26,429 nt of DNA from a virus (IMGVR_UViG_3300020190_002237:1-26429), one strand, 5' to 3'; counted from the stretch's first letter, positions 1-9,748 are shown. Translations and numbers: made by a program. The notes: generated by a model not told the origin, from the sequence alone.

Positions 1-2012
1 TCACTCCAACCACCAGCAAAGGTCCTGAAGAGTTGGTTCCTGGTCAAGTATTGGACACTGTGGACATACAAGTGTATGATAGATCAGGTGAAACAGGCAG
101 CATGATCGCCAGTTACAATTACAAAGGTGATGATTCCACATCAATTTTTGCTGTGGACAGCCTACCACAAAGTCAAGAAGGTGTGTTTGTAAAAATTAAC
201 AATGTGATACAGGACTACAGTGCCTACACATTAAACTATGCCAATAAAACACTAGTGTTGAACACTGCTCCAGCGATGAACAGTAAAGTCAACATTATCA
301 CAATGAGCATTAATGGTGAAAGAATAGTTGATGTAGATCAATTCACAGGTGATGGCAGCACATTTATATTTGTCACAAGAGCCAAGTATGTGAATGCACT
401 TAATTCTTTTGTGAAAGTGAATGGCCAAGATCAACAATATGTGATAGACGAAACAGACAGTTCTTATCAATTTCAAGGAATGGCTTTGATACGTTTTGGT
501 GTGGCTCCGGCCATAGGTTCGGTGATCACCTACGTGATATATGCCAGTGTGGCTAAAAGTTTTAGCGAAGTCACACACGATGATTTCACAGGCGATGGTA
601 GCACCACTGTGTACACATTAAGTCAATCACCTTTCAACCATCAACCATTAACACATCAGGTGGTGGTAAAAGTAGCCAACAGTGTGCTGAATGCAGGCTA
701 CAATGAAAGATTTGACGTAACTGCTGCCAGAGATTATTTTCTGAATACATGGCAATTGGCTCCAAGTAGTATTCTAAACACAAGCGTGAAGGCATTCCTG
801 AACAATGTGGAATTATTAAGTCCAACACAATTTAGATGGAATAGTGCCAACAGCAGTGTTACTCTAGAAACAGGCATAGGTACCACAGGAGATCAATTGA
901 AAGTCTATGTGGTTGATGATGGCGACTACATTGTGAACAACAACACAATCACTTTCGACACAGCTCCTGCATTGGGTGCAAGCATTAGAATTTGGCAGTT
1001 CAGTAACCATGACGTGTTGGGTACTGAAAGGATTAACTATGATGTGGTGGCTAGAGACTCATTAATTGTGAACACAGAAAATTATTTTGAATATCAAAAT
1101 TTGACCAATGGCATTATTAGATTGAGAGAACCGGCCATAGATGCTCAGTATGCTTGGGTATCTATCAATGGAGTCACATTGAGTCCTAGTGTTGACTATA
1201 AAATAAGTAACAATCAAAATTTTATCAAGATCAATACCACCATTCAAGCCAATGATGTGATTGATGTGATACATTTTACTGCGCCCAAATACGTGGGCAA
1301 GTTTGGATTTAGACAATTCAAAGACATGTTGAATAGAGTAAGTTACTTAAGAATGGGCAATGATCAAAAATATTTCCTATCCCAAACACTGCACTATTAC
1401 AGTCAGGAAATATTTTTAAATTCAACTCAAGGATTGTATGAACCAAACACAGCATTAGGACGTCCAGGAGTGCTGTTCATCAACGGTGAAAGAATAGAAT
1501 ATTTCCGATTGTATTCCAATAGAGTAGGACAATTGAGACGCGGCACTTTAGGCACAGGAATCAGCACTGTGCATGAAATTGGCACAGAAGTGTTTGATCA
1601 ATCAGCATTTCAAGTGGCTCCATACAGAGATGAAACTGTGTCAGAAGTATTTGTCAGCGATGGATCCACTGAGAATCTTACACTCAGTTGGATTCCATTG
1701 AGTGCCAACGAATTTGAAGTGTTTGTAAGTGGTAGAAGACTGAGAAAAAATGCTATCAGCAGTTACAATCCCACATTGGGCATGGACAGCAATGAAGGTG
1801 ACCAAACACTGCCTGCTGAATTCACAGTGTCTGGCAGCAGCACCACACTTGCGCTGGCAGTGGCCCCAGCAGCGGGAACCAAAATAATAGTTGTGCGCAG
1901 ATTGGGCAAATTGTGGAATGGCAGCGCGGCTACTCTGGGAGATACTCCTTTGAGTCAAACTGAAAACGACATAGCAAGATTCTTGCGTGCAAAACAGGTT
2001 AGTTTGCCATAA
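1..2012 (+). CDS. C-terminal part of a very large phage virion structural protein (baseplate/tail-associated, repeat-rich), 5'-truncated
   Basis: The frame is open from base 3 (TPTTSKGPEELVPGQ...), so the TTG at 33 is not the true start. Repeated (F/Y)xxDxST..V.V.(I/V)NG beta-rich modules. C-terminal GVLFINGERIEY...LRRGTLGT motif of the kind seen in large phage structural proteins. Sits directly upstream of the tail-fibre genes. Confidence 0.7.
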   Translation, partial: TPTTSKGPEELVPGQVLDTVDIQVYDRSGETGSMIASYNYKGDDSTSIFAVDSLPQSQEGVFVKINNVIQDYSAYTLNYANKTLVLNTAPAMNSKVNIITMSINGERIVDVDQFTGDGSTFIFVTRAKYVNALNSFVKVNGQDQQYVIDETDSSYQFQGMALIRFGVAPAIGSVITYVIYASVAKSFSEVTHDDFTGDGSTTVYTLSQSPFNHQPLTHQVVVKVANSVLNAGYNERFDVTAARDYFLNTWQLAPSSILNTSVKAFLNNVELLSPTQFRWNSANSSVTLETGIGTTGDQLKVYVVDDGDYIVNNNTITFDTAPALGASIRIWQFSNHDVLGTERINYDVVARDSLIVNTENYFEYQNLTNGIIRLREPAIDAQYAWVSINGVTLSPSVDYKISNNQNFIKINTTIQANDVIDVIHFTAPKYVGKFGFRQFKDMLNRVSYLRMGNDQKYFLSQTLHYYSQEIFLNSTQGLYEPNTALGRPGVLFINGERIEYFRLYSNRVGQLRRGTLGTGISTVHEIGTEVFDQSAFQVAPYRDETVSEVFVSDGSTENLTLSWIPLSANEFEVFVSGRRLRKNAISSYNPTLGMDSNEGDQTLPAEFTVSGSSTTLALAVAPAAGTKIIVVRRLGKLWNGSAATLGDTPLSQTENDIARFLRAKQVSLP

Positions 2013-2018
2013 TAAATA
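2013..2018 (+). promoter_or_regulatory. TAAATA motif, putative T4 gp55-type late promoter
   Basis: AATAAATA directly after the stop at 2012. The same TAAATA core recurs in other intergenic gaps. The T4 late consensus is TATAAATA. Confidence 0.45.
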
Positions 2019-2040
2019 AGTATGAAACAAGGAACAAACA

Positions 2041-2643
2041 ATGAATCAATTTAAAGACAGCAACGGCACACTGATACAGGGACACATCAAGATATTTGAC
2101 CCCAACACAGGGGAAATCTACGTCAACAAGAGAAACGCCATTCATTATGAAAATATGAGTATATCCTTGGCGGAGAGTCTTGCAAATGAGGGTAGAGGAT
2201 TCATAAATTCAATGGTATTTGGGACTGGTGGCACATACATAGATCCCACTGGCATTATCACGTATCTAACTCCCAACAGCACAGGCACTAATGCTGCTCT
2301 TTACAATCAAACTTTTTCCAAAGTGGTTGATGACAGTTCAGCCAGCAATATTGATCCAGTGAGAAACAAAATTGAAACCAGACATCTAAGCGGCACCAAT
2401 TACACAGACATACTAGTGACTTGTTTATTGGATTATGGTGAGCCTAGTGGTCAAGATGCTGTGGACACTGCCACAGGCACAGAAGCATCTTTTGTGTTTG
2501 ATGAATTAGGATTACAAAGTTATTCACCTTCAGGCACAGGTAGATTAATCACTCACGTAATTTTTCACCCAGTGCAAAAAAGTTTAAACAGGCTAATACA
2601 AATAGACTACACAGTTCGAATACAAAGTTTATCTGGAGCATAA
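2041..2643 (+). CDS. Putative phage virion/baseplate-associated structural protein (200 aa)
   Basis: Intact ORF with AAGGA at 2029-2033 upstream. Motifs GHIKIFDP..KRNAIH, FDELGL and HPVQKSLNRLIQIDYTVRIQ. Located between the large structural gene and the tail fibres. Confidence 0.6.
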   Translation: MNQFKDSNGTLIQGHIKIFDPNTGEIYVNKRNAIHYENMSISLAESLANEGRGFINSMVFGTGGTYIDPTGIITYLTPNSTGTNAALYNQTFSKVVDDSSASNIDPVRNKIETRHLSGTNYTDILVTCLLDYGEPSGQDAVDTATGTEASFVFDELGLQSYSPSGTGRLITHVIFHPVQKSLNRLIQIDYTVRIQSLSGA

Positions 2644-2646
2644 TAG

Positions 2647-4665
2647 ATGGCATACACAGTAAATCGTACAGATTCTATTAATAATCCGCCAATCATAGTG
2701 GATGACGGCACAGTCAATCAACAAACCAGTTTGTCACTGCCAGGAAAAAATACCACATCATATGGTACTATCATAGCAGAAAATTTCGTTAAACTTTTAG
2801 AAAATTTTTCAAAAAACACAGCTCCTGTGAATGCTTTGGAAGGTCAATTGTGGTATGATACCACAGTGGGCGTGGATCAGTTAAAAATTTATGACGGCAC
2901 ACAATGGGTAGCAGCAGGTGGTGTAAAAAAATCCATCAACGAACCCGGAGCAGCGGAAAGTGTGTTGGGTGATCTTTGGGTGGACACTGACAATCAACAA
3001 TTGTATCTGTTCACTGGGTCTGGATGGATCCTAGTGGGTCCAGAATTCAGTCAAGGACTCAGCACAGGCACCAAACCCATTCAAATCATTGGCACTGACA
3101 ATCTAACTTACAACGTGGTGCTGATTGAAATAGATACCAATCCCGTTGCAATTATTGCAGCTGAACAATTCACTCCCAAAGCAACCATAGCAGGTTTTAC
3201 TCAGATACTGCCAGGAGTTAATCTAAGTTCGACCAATCCGGCTGAAACCACCAACAAATATTATGGCACAGCATATGCAGCAGAAAATTTAATAGCTGAA
3301 GACAATGAAGTAGTAGGCGGCAGCAATTTTTTAAGAAAAGACATAGATAACGTGGCCGTAGGAGAATTAAGAATCAACAATGATGATGGCATAAACATTG
3401 GTAACAGTGCATCTTTTAATCTTGGAATTGAATCCCAGTCAGCTGTGTTTGCACACAATACATCAGGTGCCAGTATAGATTTTAGAGTGAATGACGAAGG
3501 GGTAACAAAAACAGTGTTGAGAATTGATCCCACCACAAATGTGGGTATCAATACTCTTTCACCAGATGAAGCACTTGATGTCACAGGTAATGTGCACATC
3601 AGCGAAGAATTGTATGTGGATGCAGTCACCGACAGCACAAACATAAGTTCAGGAGCAGCAATCATAAAAGGTGGAGTGGGCATAGCCAAACAATTATTTG
3701 TTGGTGGTGCTACCACTTTGCAAGACGATGTCACATTGGAAAACATTTATCCCAGCACTAACAATACATTTGATATAGGTTCCTCTGCAAATAAATTTTT
3801 GACTGTGCATGCCAACAGTTTTGTGGGTAACCTAGTGGGCAATGTCACAGGCACAGTGAGCGGAGCTTCTGGCACTGCAAACAAATTGACCAGTGCTAGC
3901 ACCTTCCAGATGACTGGAGACGTGTCAGCCACCAGCTTTGCTTTTGATGGACAAACAGGAGGATTAACAAAAACATTTGCTACCACAATCAGCAACAGTT
4001 TCATCGCCAGCAAGGATGCTAAATCCTCAAGTCAAAGCAGTGACGAATTCATATTCAACAGAACCATAGGTGACACAGGTGTATTCAAAATCACACGTGA
4101 CAATCTATTAGCGGCCATTGTGCCAATGCCCACAGGCGTAATTTTGCCATATGGTGGTGCCACAGCACCAGCATATTGGTTGATGTGCGATGGCAGTGAA
4201 GTGGACAGATCCACATATCCAGAACTGTATGATATAATAGGCAACAGTTTTGGAGCTCCCAGCTCTGCTTCTGTGTTTAAACTGCCTGATCTTAGAGGAC
4301 GAAATGCTCTAGGAGCAGACAACATGGGTGGCACATCTGCAAACAGAGTGACCAATGTGGCAGCGGACAGTGTGGGTGGATTCAGTGGCACAGAAACTAA
4401 AACTATCAGCATTGACAATTTACCAGAACACGAACATGATTTACGAGGTCCATCAGGTGCGCAATACTATGCAATCAGAAATGTACCAGGCATTGCTGCA
4501 GGTGAAACCACTGCTATAGTGTTTGACGCTCCAACAGGTTCGGGACAAGCCAGTGCGCTGCCCACAAGTGGTGGAGTGAATCATCCAACAGTTGGCGTGC
4601 CACAGGATGTGATGAATCCTTATGTGGTGGTAAATTACATAATATATTCAGGACAGGCACCATAA
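2647..4665 (+). CDS. Tail fibre protein with C-terminal phage tail collar domain (short-tail-fibre-like)
   Basis: Collar signature MPTGVILPYGGATAPAYWLMCDGSEVDRSTYPELYDIIG...FKLPDLRGR at about 4126-4302, followed by NLPEHEH (HxH) and a terminal MNPYVVVNYIIY. N-terminal module shared with the next two ORFs. Confidence 0.85.
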   Translation: MAYTVNRTDSINNPPIIVDDGTVNQQTSLSLPGKNTTSYGTIIAENFVKLLENFSKNTAPVNALEGQLWYDTTVGVDQLKIYDGTQWVAAGGVKKSINEPGAAESVLGDLWVDTDNQQLYLFTGSGWILVGPEFSQGLSTGTKPIQIIGTDNLTYNVVLIEIDTNPVAIIAAEQFTPKATIAGFTQILPGVNLSSTNPAETTNKYYGTAYAAENLIAEDNEVVGGSNFLRKDIDNVAVGELRINNDDGINIGNSASFNLGIESQSAVFAHNTSGASIDFRVNDEGVTKTVLRIDPTTNVGINTLSPDEALDVTGNVHISEELYVDAVTDSTNISSGAAIIKGGVGIAKQLFVGGATTLQDDVTLENIYPSTNNTFDIGSSANKFLTVHANSFVGNLVGNVTGTVSGASGTANKLTSASTFQMTGDVSATSFAFDGQTGGLTKTFATTISNSFIASKDAKSSSQSSDEFIFNRTIGDTGVFKITRDNLLAAIVPMPTGVILPYGGATAPAYWLMCDGSEVDRSTYPELYDIIGNSFGAPSSASVFKLPDLRGRNALGADNMGGTSANRVTNVAADSVGGFSGTETKTISIDNLPEHEHDLRGPSGAQYYAIRNVPGIAAGETTAIVFDAPTGSGQASALPTSGGVNHPTVGVPQDVMNPYVVVNYIIYSGQAP

Positions 4666-4666
4666 C

Positions 4667-6883
4667 ATGAGCTATAGAATCAACAAAACTGACGGAACAC
4701 TGCTAGTAGATCTTGTAGACGGTTCTATTAATAGTTCAGCAGCAGATATCACTCTGATAGGTAGAAACTACAAAGGCTTTGGTGAAATAATCAACGAAAA
4801 TTTTGTAAAAATTTTAGAAAATTTTGCCAGTTCATCTGCTCCAAGCAATCCTTTGAGAGGTCAGTTGTGGTTTGATACTTCAGACAACAGATTAAAAGTT
4901 TACAACGGCACAGCATTCACCAGCAATGGCATCATTGTCAGTCAGACTCAACCACAGATGACTGCAGGAGATATTTGGCTGAACAATCTAACCAATCAAA
5001 TGTATTTCTTTGATGGCACTGATCTAGTGTTGGTAGGTCCTACCTACACACAGGCACAGGGCGTGAGTGGTTTTGTCACACAATCGATTCTATCCACTCT
5101 ACAGCAGACAAAGACTGTGATTAAATTTTTTGTGGGAAACGTTTTAATTGGAGTGTGGAGTGCTGCAGAATTCACTCCAGTCACCAGCCAATTGATCACA
5201 GAACTGGTGTCCGGCAGCAATCCCACTGGCATTATTCGTGTAGGATTCAACACCACCAACGATGCATACAAATATTTAGGCACTGCCAGCAAAGCAGAAG
5301 CATTACTCAACGGAGTAGGCACAACCATTCTAGCTGATTCATTATTGAGATCAGATGCAGATGATGTGACCACAGGATCTTTAAAGATTCAAAACAATTC
5401 AGGATTGACCATTGGTTTGAATGAAAATTTAATATTGAAACACAGCAGTGCTGCGTTGCCTAACGCCAGCATAATTTTGCAAAACGTCGCCAATGCAGAC
5501 ATTGCTATTAATGCAAAAAATCCTGCTGAATACACAGCTATTTTTGTGGACAGCAGTGCTGCACGTGTGGGAATATTCAACACCACTCCTGCATATGCTT
5601 TGGACATCACAGGTGATGTGAGAATTCAAGGCAACCTAATCACCAGTGGTTCCAGCACATCGGTCACAGCAGAAGATTTAAGAGTAGAAGATAAAACCAT
5701 TGAACTGGCAACCATTACTGGTGCAGCATTGGGCAATGATGCATACATAGATGGTGGTGGTATTGTGCTGAAATCCACAGCAGGAGACAAAACATTATTG
5801 TGGCAGGATTCCACAGACACTTGGAAAAGTTCAGAACATTTTAATCTTGCCACAGGCAAAGAATACAAAATCAATGGCACCACTGTGCTCAGTGGCACAG
5901 CATTGGGAGCCACAATCACCAGCGCTCCAGGTTTGGTAAGCACAGGTGTGTTGACTTCACTCACAGTGGACAACATAACAATTAATGGACAAACCATCAG
6001 CAGAGCAGCCAGTGGCACTCCCACTGATCAGTTGATATTACAGAGTCCACATCCAATATATGTGACAGATGGCATCACTACGCAAAGGATCACCAATCTA
6101 GGAGTGCCCACAGCAAACACCGACGCAGCCAACAAGCAGTATGTGGATACCTACACACCAGTCAGTCTGGTGTTGGATATCACAGGTTTTTCAGCACTGG
6201 CAGGCGGTGTGAACGGTTCCATTGCCTTGGTATTGGGAGATCTTTATCCTACAACTGCATACACAGGAGCAGGATTTGGAATTCCAGCCAGCATAAATGG
6301 AAGACTGGCCAGAGTGCACTGTGTGGAATTTGGAGCACTCACAGTGAACGTGCCTTTTGCCAATTTGAATTCATCTTTAGACAAGGCCACCACTGCAGTG
6401 GATCAAACACTGAACGCTGCACCCAACACTGTGTTGGCAGTGGCCACCCAGCTCAACGTGCCCAGCTTGGCCAGCGGCAGAGTGCGAATCACCACAACCA
6501 CTGGACATTTTTATGAAGTGGGCAACACAATCACCATATCAGGCTGTGCTGGTAGCAACGGTTTTGCAGCATCAGGTATAGATGGAGTATATGTGATAGA
6601 ACAAGTGATAGCAAATGCCATACCAAGCACACAGTTTGTGATTGATGTGAGTGCAACAGTAGCCACTATTAACACAGAAACAGGAGCCAGTTACACAGCC
6701 AGCTCTGCTAGCACCACTAGAACTCCTCAAGTGGGTAATTCCAACAAAACTGTGTTAAATGACGTATCCTTTGATATTGCAGTGGCAGGTGCTGTGTCCA
6801 GTGTGGTAAGCAGAACACTGAAACAATTCATTGTTTCAGGTGGTACTTGGACTTTCCACAGCAATTTAACATCGAGCGTGTAA
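4667..6883 (+). CDS. Tail fibre protein (738 aa)
   Basis: Shared N-terminal module (ENFVKILENFA..P.NPLRGQLWFDT). Fibre-type motifs RVGIFNTTPAYALDITG, VEDKTIEL...DGGGIVLK and RITNLGVPTANTDAANKQYVD. Gly/Thr/Ala-rich beta C-terminus. Confidence 0.8.
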   Translation: MSYRINKTDGTLLVDLVDGSINSSAADITLIGRNYKGFGEIINENFVKILENFASSSAPSNPLRGQLWFDTSDNRLKVYNGTAFTSNGIIVSQTQPQMTAGDIWLNNLTNQMYFFDGTDLVLVGPTYTQAQGVSGFVTQSILSTLQQTKTVIKFFVGNVLIGVWSAAEFTPVTSQLITELVSGSNPTGIIRVGFNTTNDAYKYLGTASKAEALLNGVGTTILADSLLRSDADDVTTGSLKIQNNSGLTIGLNENLILKHSSAALPNASIILQNVANADIAINAKNPAEYTAIFVDSSAARVGIFNTTPAYALDITGDVRIQGNLITSGSSTSVTAEDLRVEDKTIELATITGAALGNDAYIDGGGIVLKSTAGDKTLLWQDSTDTWKSSEHFNLATGKEYKINGTTVLSGTALGATITSAPGLVSTGVLTSLTVDNITINGQTISRAASGTPTDQLILQSPHPIYVTDGITTQRITNLGVPTANTDAANKQYVDTYTPVSLVLDITGFSALAGGVNGSIALVLGDLYPTTAYTGAGFGIPASINGRLARVHCVEFGALTVNVPFANLNSSLDKATTAVDQTLNAAPNTVLAVATQLNVPSLASGRVRITTTTGHFYEVGNTITISGCAGSNGFAASGIDGVYVIEQVIANAIPSTQFVIDVSATVATINTETGASYTASSASTTRTPQVGNSNKTVLNDVSFDIAVAGAVSSVVSRTLKQFIVSGGTWTFHSNLTSSV

Positions 6884-6891
6884 GATAAATA
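6884..6891 (+). promoter_or_regulatory. GATAAATA, putative late promoter
   Basis: Starts immediately after the TAA at 6883, 18 nt before the ATG at 6910. One mismatch from TATAAATA. Confidence 0.5.
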
Positions 6892-6909
6892 AACTTGTAA
6901 AGAAAACAT

Positions 6910-8346
6910 ATGCCATATCAAATAGACAGATTTAACGGGGTTTTATTGGCCAACATTGAAGATGGCACAATTGACCAAACCACCAACTTGAAATTAGTGG
7001 GTAAAAACTATGCTGGATATGGGGAAATACAAAACGAAAATTTCGTACATTTATTAGAAAATTTTTCAGGAGCCAATCAGCCTAGCAGACCACTATCAGG
7101 CATGCTGTGGTTTGACAGTGCCACCAACAAATTAAAGTTTTATGATGGCACTAAATTTAGAACTACTGGCGGTGCAGAAATTGGCACATCTCAACCAGCT
7201 GGATTGACCACAGGGGATTTTTGGTGGGACACCGCTAACAATCAATTGTATGCCTACAGCGGCAGCAGTTTTGTGTTGGTTGGTCCTCAAGGAGTTGGAG
7301 CCACAGTCACAAATTTAAAAAGTAGAACAGTAAAAGATTCATTCAACGTCAATCAACCCATCATTGAAGCAATTGTTGATGGTGTCACTATATTTTTAAT
7401 CAGCAAATCAGAATTTGATATTTTAACCACTGATCCTTTGAATCTCATCACAGGTTTTGACAAAGTAAGAAAAGGTATCACCATGGTGAACACGCTCAAT
7501 GCAGCAGGTGGGGTCACCACAACTGATCATAGATTCTGGGGTACAGCAGCAAACTCATTGAAACTGGGTGGAGTACCTGCAGCCAACTTCCTACAAGTGG
7601 GTGGCAATACAAATTTTGATGACACAGGATACACAGTGGGAACCGGCAATGACCTGCGAGTGAACATTGTGAATGGCAACGAAGCAAAAGTTATTAATGA
7701 AGTAGGTGCGATTATAAAACTAGGAGCTGGCAACGTGCATTCAGTCAGCATCACTGCTGCAGGCTTTATTCCAGCAGTGGACAGCACATATGACATTGGC
7801 ACCAACGCAAATAGATTTGCCAATGTGTATGCAGACAACATATATGGTTTATCAGAAAAAGCATCAGCCATTAATTTAGGAGCCACAAACTATTTGGGCA
7901 GCACCACAGCCACTTCAAACTCTGTGGCATTGAGAGATGCTTCTGGCAATTTGGCTGCAAACATATTCAATGGTATTGCCACACAAGCAAGATATGCGGA
8001 CTTGGCAGAAAAATATTTGGCGGATGCCACATATGAAGTGGGAACAGTTTTAATGATCGGCGGAGATAAAGAGGTGACAGCAGCCATTCTGGGTAAACCT
8101 GTGATTGGAGTGGTCAGTGCTGCTCCAGCATTCTTAATGAACACAGATCTGCAAGGTGGCACCACAGTTGCAATCAAAGGTAGAGTCCCAGTCAAAGTAA
8201 AAGGCGTTGTCAGCAAAGGCGATAAAATTGGTATCAGTGCTGAAGCGGGAGTGGGCAAGGTTGTCACTGAAGGTGAGTATTTTGCCGTTGCTTTGGAGTC
8301 AGATCCTCGCGAAATAGTCACATTTGTTGAGTGCTTCATAAAATAA
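6910..8346 (+). CDS. Tail fibre/appendage protein with C-terminal intramolecular chaperone (peptidase G2 IMC-like) domain
   Basis: Shared N-terminal module. The C-terminal YADLAEKY...GTVLMIGG...GVVSAAPAFLMN...VAIKGRVPVKV (about 7993-8346) matches the peptidase G2/IMC autocleavage pattern. Confidence 0.8.
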   Translation: MPYQIDRFNGVLLANIEDGTIDQTTNLKLVGKNYAGYGEIQNENFVHLLENFSGANQPSRPLSGMLWFDSATNKLKFYDGTKFRTTGGAEIGTSQPAGLTTGDFWWDTANNQLYAYSGSSFVLVGPQGVGATVTNLKSRTVKDSFNVNQPIIEAIVDGVTIFLISKSEFDILTTDPLNLITGFDKVRKGITMVNTLNAAGGVTTTDHRFWGTAANSLKLGGVPAANFLQVGGNTNFDDTGYTVGTGNDLRVNIVNGNEAKVINEVGAIIKLGAGNVHSVSITAAGFIPAVDSTYDIGTNANRFANVYADNIYGLSEKASAINLGATNYLGSTTATSNSVALRDASGNLAANIFNGIATQARYADLAEKYLADATYEVGTVLMIGGDKEVTAAILGKPVIGVVSAAPAFLMNTDLQGGTTVAIKGRVPVKVKGVVSKGDKIGISAEAGVGKVVTEGEYFAVALESDPREIVTFVECFIK

Positions 8347-8393
8347 ATTACCAAAATGTATTCTAGAATTCACCAGGGCAAATTTATCCCAAC

Positions 8394-8399
8394 TAAATA
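8394..8399 (+). promoter_or_regulatory. TAAATA, putative late promoter, possibly giving a leaderless transcript
   Basis: ACTAAATA ends 6 nt before the ATG at 8406, and no Shine-Dalgarno is visible. Confidence 0.45.
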
Positions 8400-8405
8400 G
8401 AACAT

Positions 8406-9302
8406 ATGGCAGTAGGTGATCTAATAACAGCAGCAAGATACAATGCGATGCAAGGTCAAGTGTCTAACATATTGGGCACTGGCTCAGGCGACAAAGGTTA
8501 TGGCCAAACTCTCACCAGCTCTCAAGTGGCAGTGGCACAGTTGATTGAAGACAGTCATATGAATGATTTGAGATCGGACATACGTAAGGCATATCTGCAT
8601 CAGAACAACAGCTATCCAACATTGAACGTGGTTACCACCAGCGACATAGTGACTGACAACACGCTGCCTAACTCTTATGCAGTGTTTGAAAATTTATCTA
8701 CCAACATAGACACAAACAGAAACACCATCAGTGCCAGCAGATTGACCACAGGAAACACAGCCAGTTCATATGTGAGAACCACTGTGTGGAATGCCACCAG
8801 AGTGGGCACATTCACAGTGACCTTTGGCACAACTAATCATGCTAGACATTTTTTCAATTCAGGTGGTGCAGTGCAAATAGATATCAACATATCAGGCAGT
8901 GGCGCAAGCAAAGTGTCTGACTGGAACACTATGTATTCTGGCATGGGCACGCTGACATTTGCCAACAATGCCAGCAGCAGATCAGGTGCAGGCGGCACGT
9001 TGACCAGTTCAGTGGCCTACACCACATTGACCACATCTTTTCAAACAATTTACACCAGCACAGGTGCAGGTGCATATGCAGCAAACAACTACAACATACA
9101 AGCAAGATTTACAGATGCTTTCAATCTTGTGATACAATTTCAAATCACACTGAATGACGCAGCAGTTGGTACCATAGATGAAGATGTGAATGGCAACCTT
9201 AACATTAATGTGAATAGACGCATAGCCAATGCTGCATTGGCTGATCCCATCATAATCACAGAACCAACTTTTGGTGCCATGAGTGGCACAGTGACCACAT
9301 AG
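8406..9302 (+). CDS. Putative virion structural protein, Ser/Thr/Gly/Asn-rich (298 aa)
   Basis: MAVGDLITAARYN...GYGQ...ARHFFNSGG motifs, structural-protein-like composition, and position at the end of the tail module. Confidence 0.65.
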   Translation: MAVGDLITAARYNAMQGQVSNILGTGSGDKGYGQTLTSSQVAVAQLIEDSHMNDLRSDIRKAYLHQNNSYPTLNVVTTSDIVTDNTLPNSYAVFENLSTNIDTNRNTISASRLTTGNTASSYVRTTVWNATRVGTFTVTFGTTNHARHFFNSGGAVQIDINISGSGASKVSDWNTMYSGMGTLTFANNASSRSGAGGTLTSSVAYTTLTTSFQTIYTSTGAGAYAANNYNIQARFTDAFNLVIQFQITLNDAAVGTIDEDVNGNLNINVNRRIANAALADPIIITEPTFGAMSGTVTT

Positions 9303-9338
9303 TTTACCAAATTACATCACACCTATCAAATTATCATC

Positions 9339-9344
9339 TAAATA
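9339..9344 (+). promoter_or_regulatory. TAAATA, putative late promoter upstream of the enzyme cluster
   Basis: TCTAAATA in the 9303-9397 intergenic gap. Confidence 0.35.
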
Positions 9345-9354
9345 TTTGAAACAA

Positions 9355-9383
9355 TTGACTTTTTACAAAAAGTGTTTTATACT
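9355..9383 (+). promoter_or_regulatory. Sigma70-type promoter TTGACT-N17-TATACT
   Basis: The -35 TTGACT (9355-9360) and -10 TATACT (9378-9383) are each 5/6 matches to consensus, with a 17-bp spacer and an AT-rich upstream region. Confidence 0.75.
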
Positions 9384-9397
9384 TGCATAGTAAAATC

Positions 9398-9748
9398 ATG
9401 AAAAAAAATATAAATGCTATTGAAATTTTGGAGATGTCTATTGCCACCCAAAGTTTCAACAATCAGTTGCAGATTCTGCAGGATAAATTTTTGGACAGCA
9501 ACATATGGTTTCATCAGGGTCATCAATTCACTGTGAATGAAAAATTAATTGCACTCTGTAAAAATTATCTCAATGAACAGCGACAGTCTGACGTGATTTT
9601 GTTGGATGATTATAGGCTGCCAGTGCTGGTATCAAATTTGCAGGAGTTTTATGATGAAATTTGGAACCTGTATCAAGGCAATCTTAATTCCTACCACACT
9701 GAATACAACAGATTGATTCAGGAAAGAGGCAAAGTGCAAATCACATGA
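9398..9748 (+). CDS. Hypothetical phage protein (about 116 aa), first gene of the enzyme cluster
   Basis: ATG at 9398 is preferred over TTG at 9383, which overlaps the -10 box. ATGA overlap with the next gene. Confidence 0.7.
   Translation: MKKNINAIEILEMSIATQSFNNQLQILQDKFLDSNIWFHQGHQFTVNEKLIALCKNYLNEQRQSDVILLDDYRLPVLVSNLQEFYDEIWNLYQGNLNSYHTEYNRLIQERGKVQIT

Noticed and set aside
2022-2054. Ten-codon minigene MKQGTNNESI just after the TAAATA motif, overlapping the start at 2041
   Set aside because: It is too short to support and its occurrence is plausible by chance. ATG 2041 has its own AAGGA ribosome-binding site.
3261-8354. Long antisense ORFs opposite the tail-fibre genes (e.g. 3261-3746, 5626-6024, 7890-8354)
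   Set aside because: They are shadow frames expected from the codon bias of Gly/Thr/Ala/Val-rich sense genes. They have no motifs and lie within well-supported genes.
8360-8390. Palindrome ATTCTAGAAT (8360-8369) and imperfect inverted repeat GGGCAAATTTATCCC
   Set aside because: Both are short or imperfect with no U-tract, which is not enough to call a terminator or operator.
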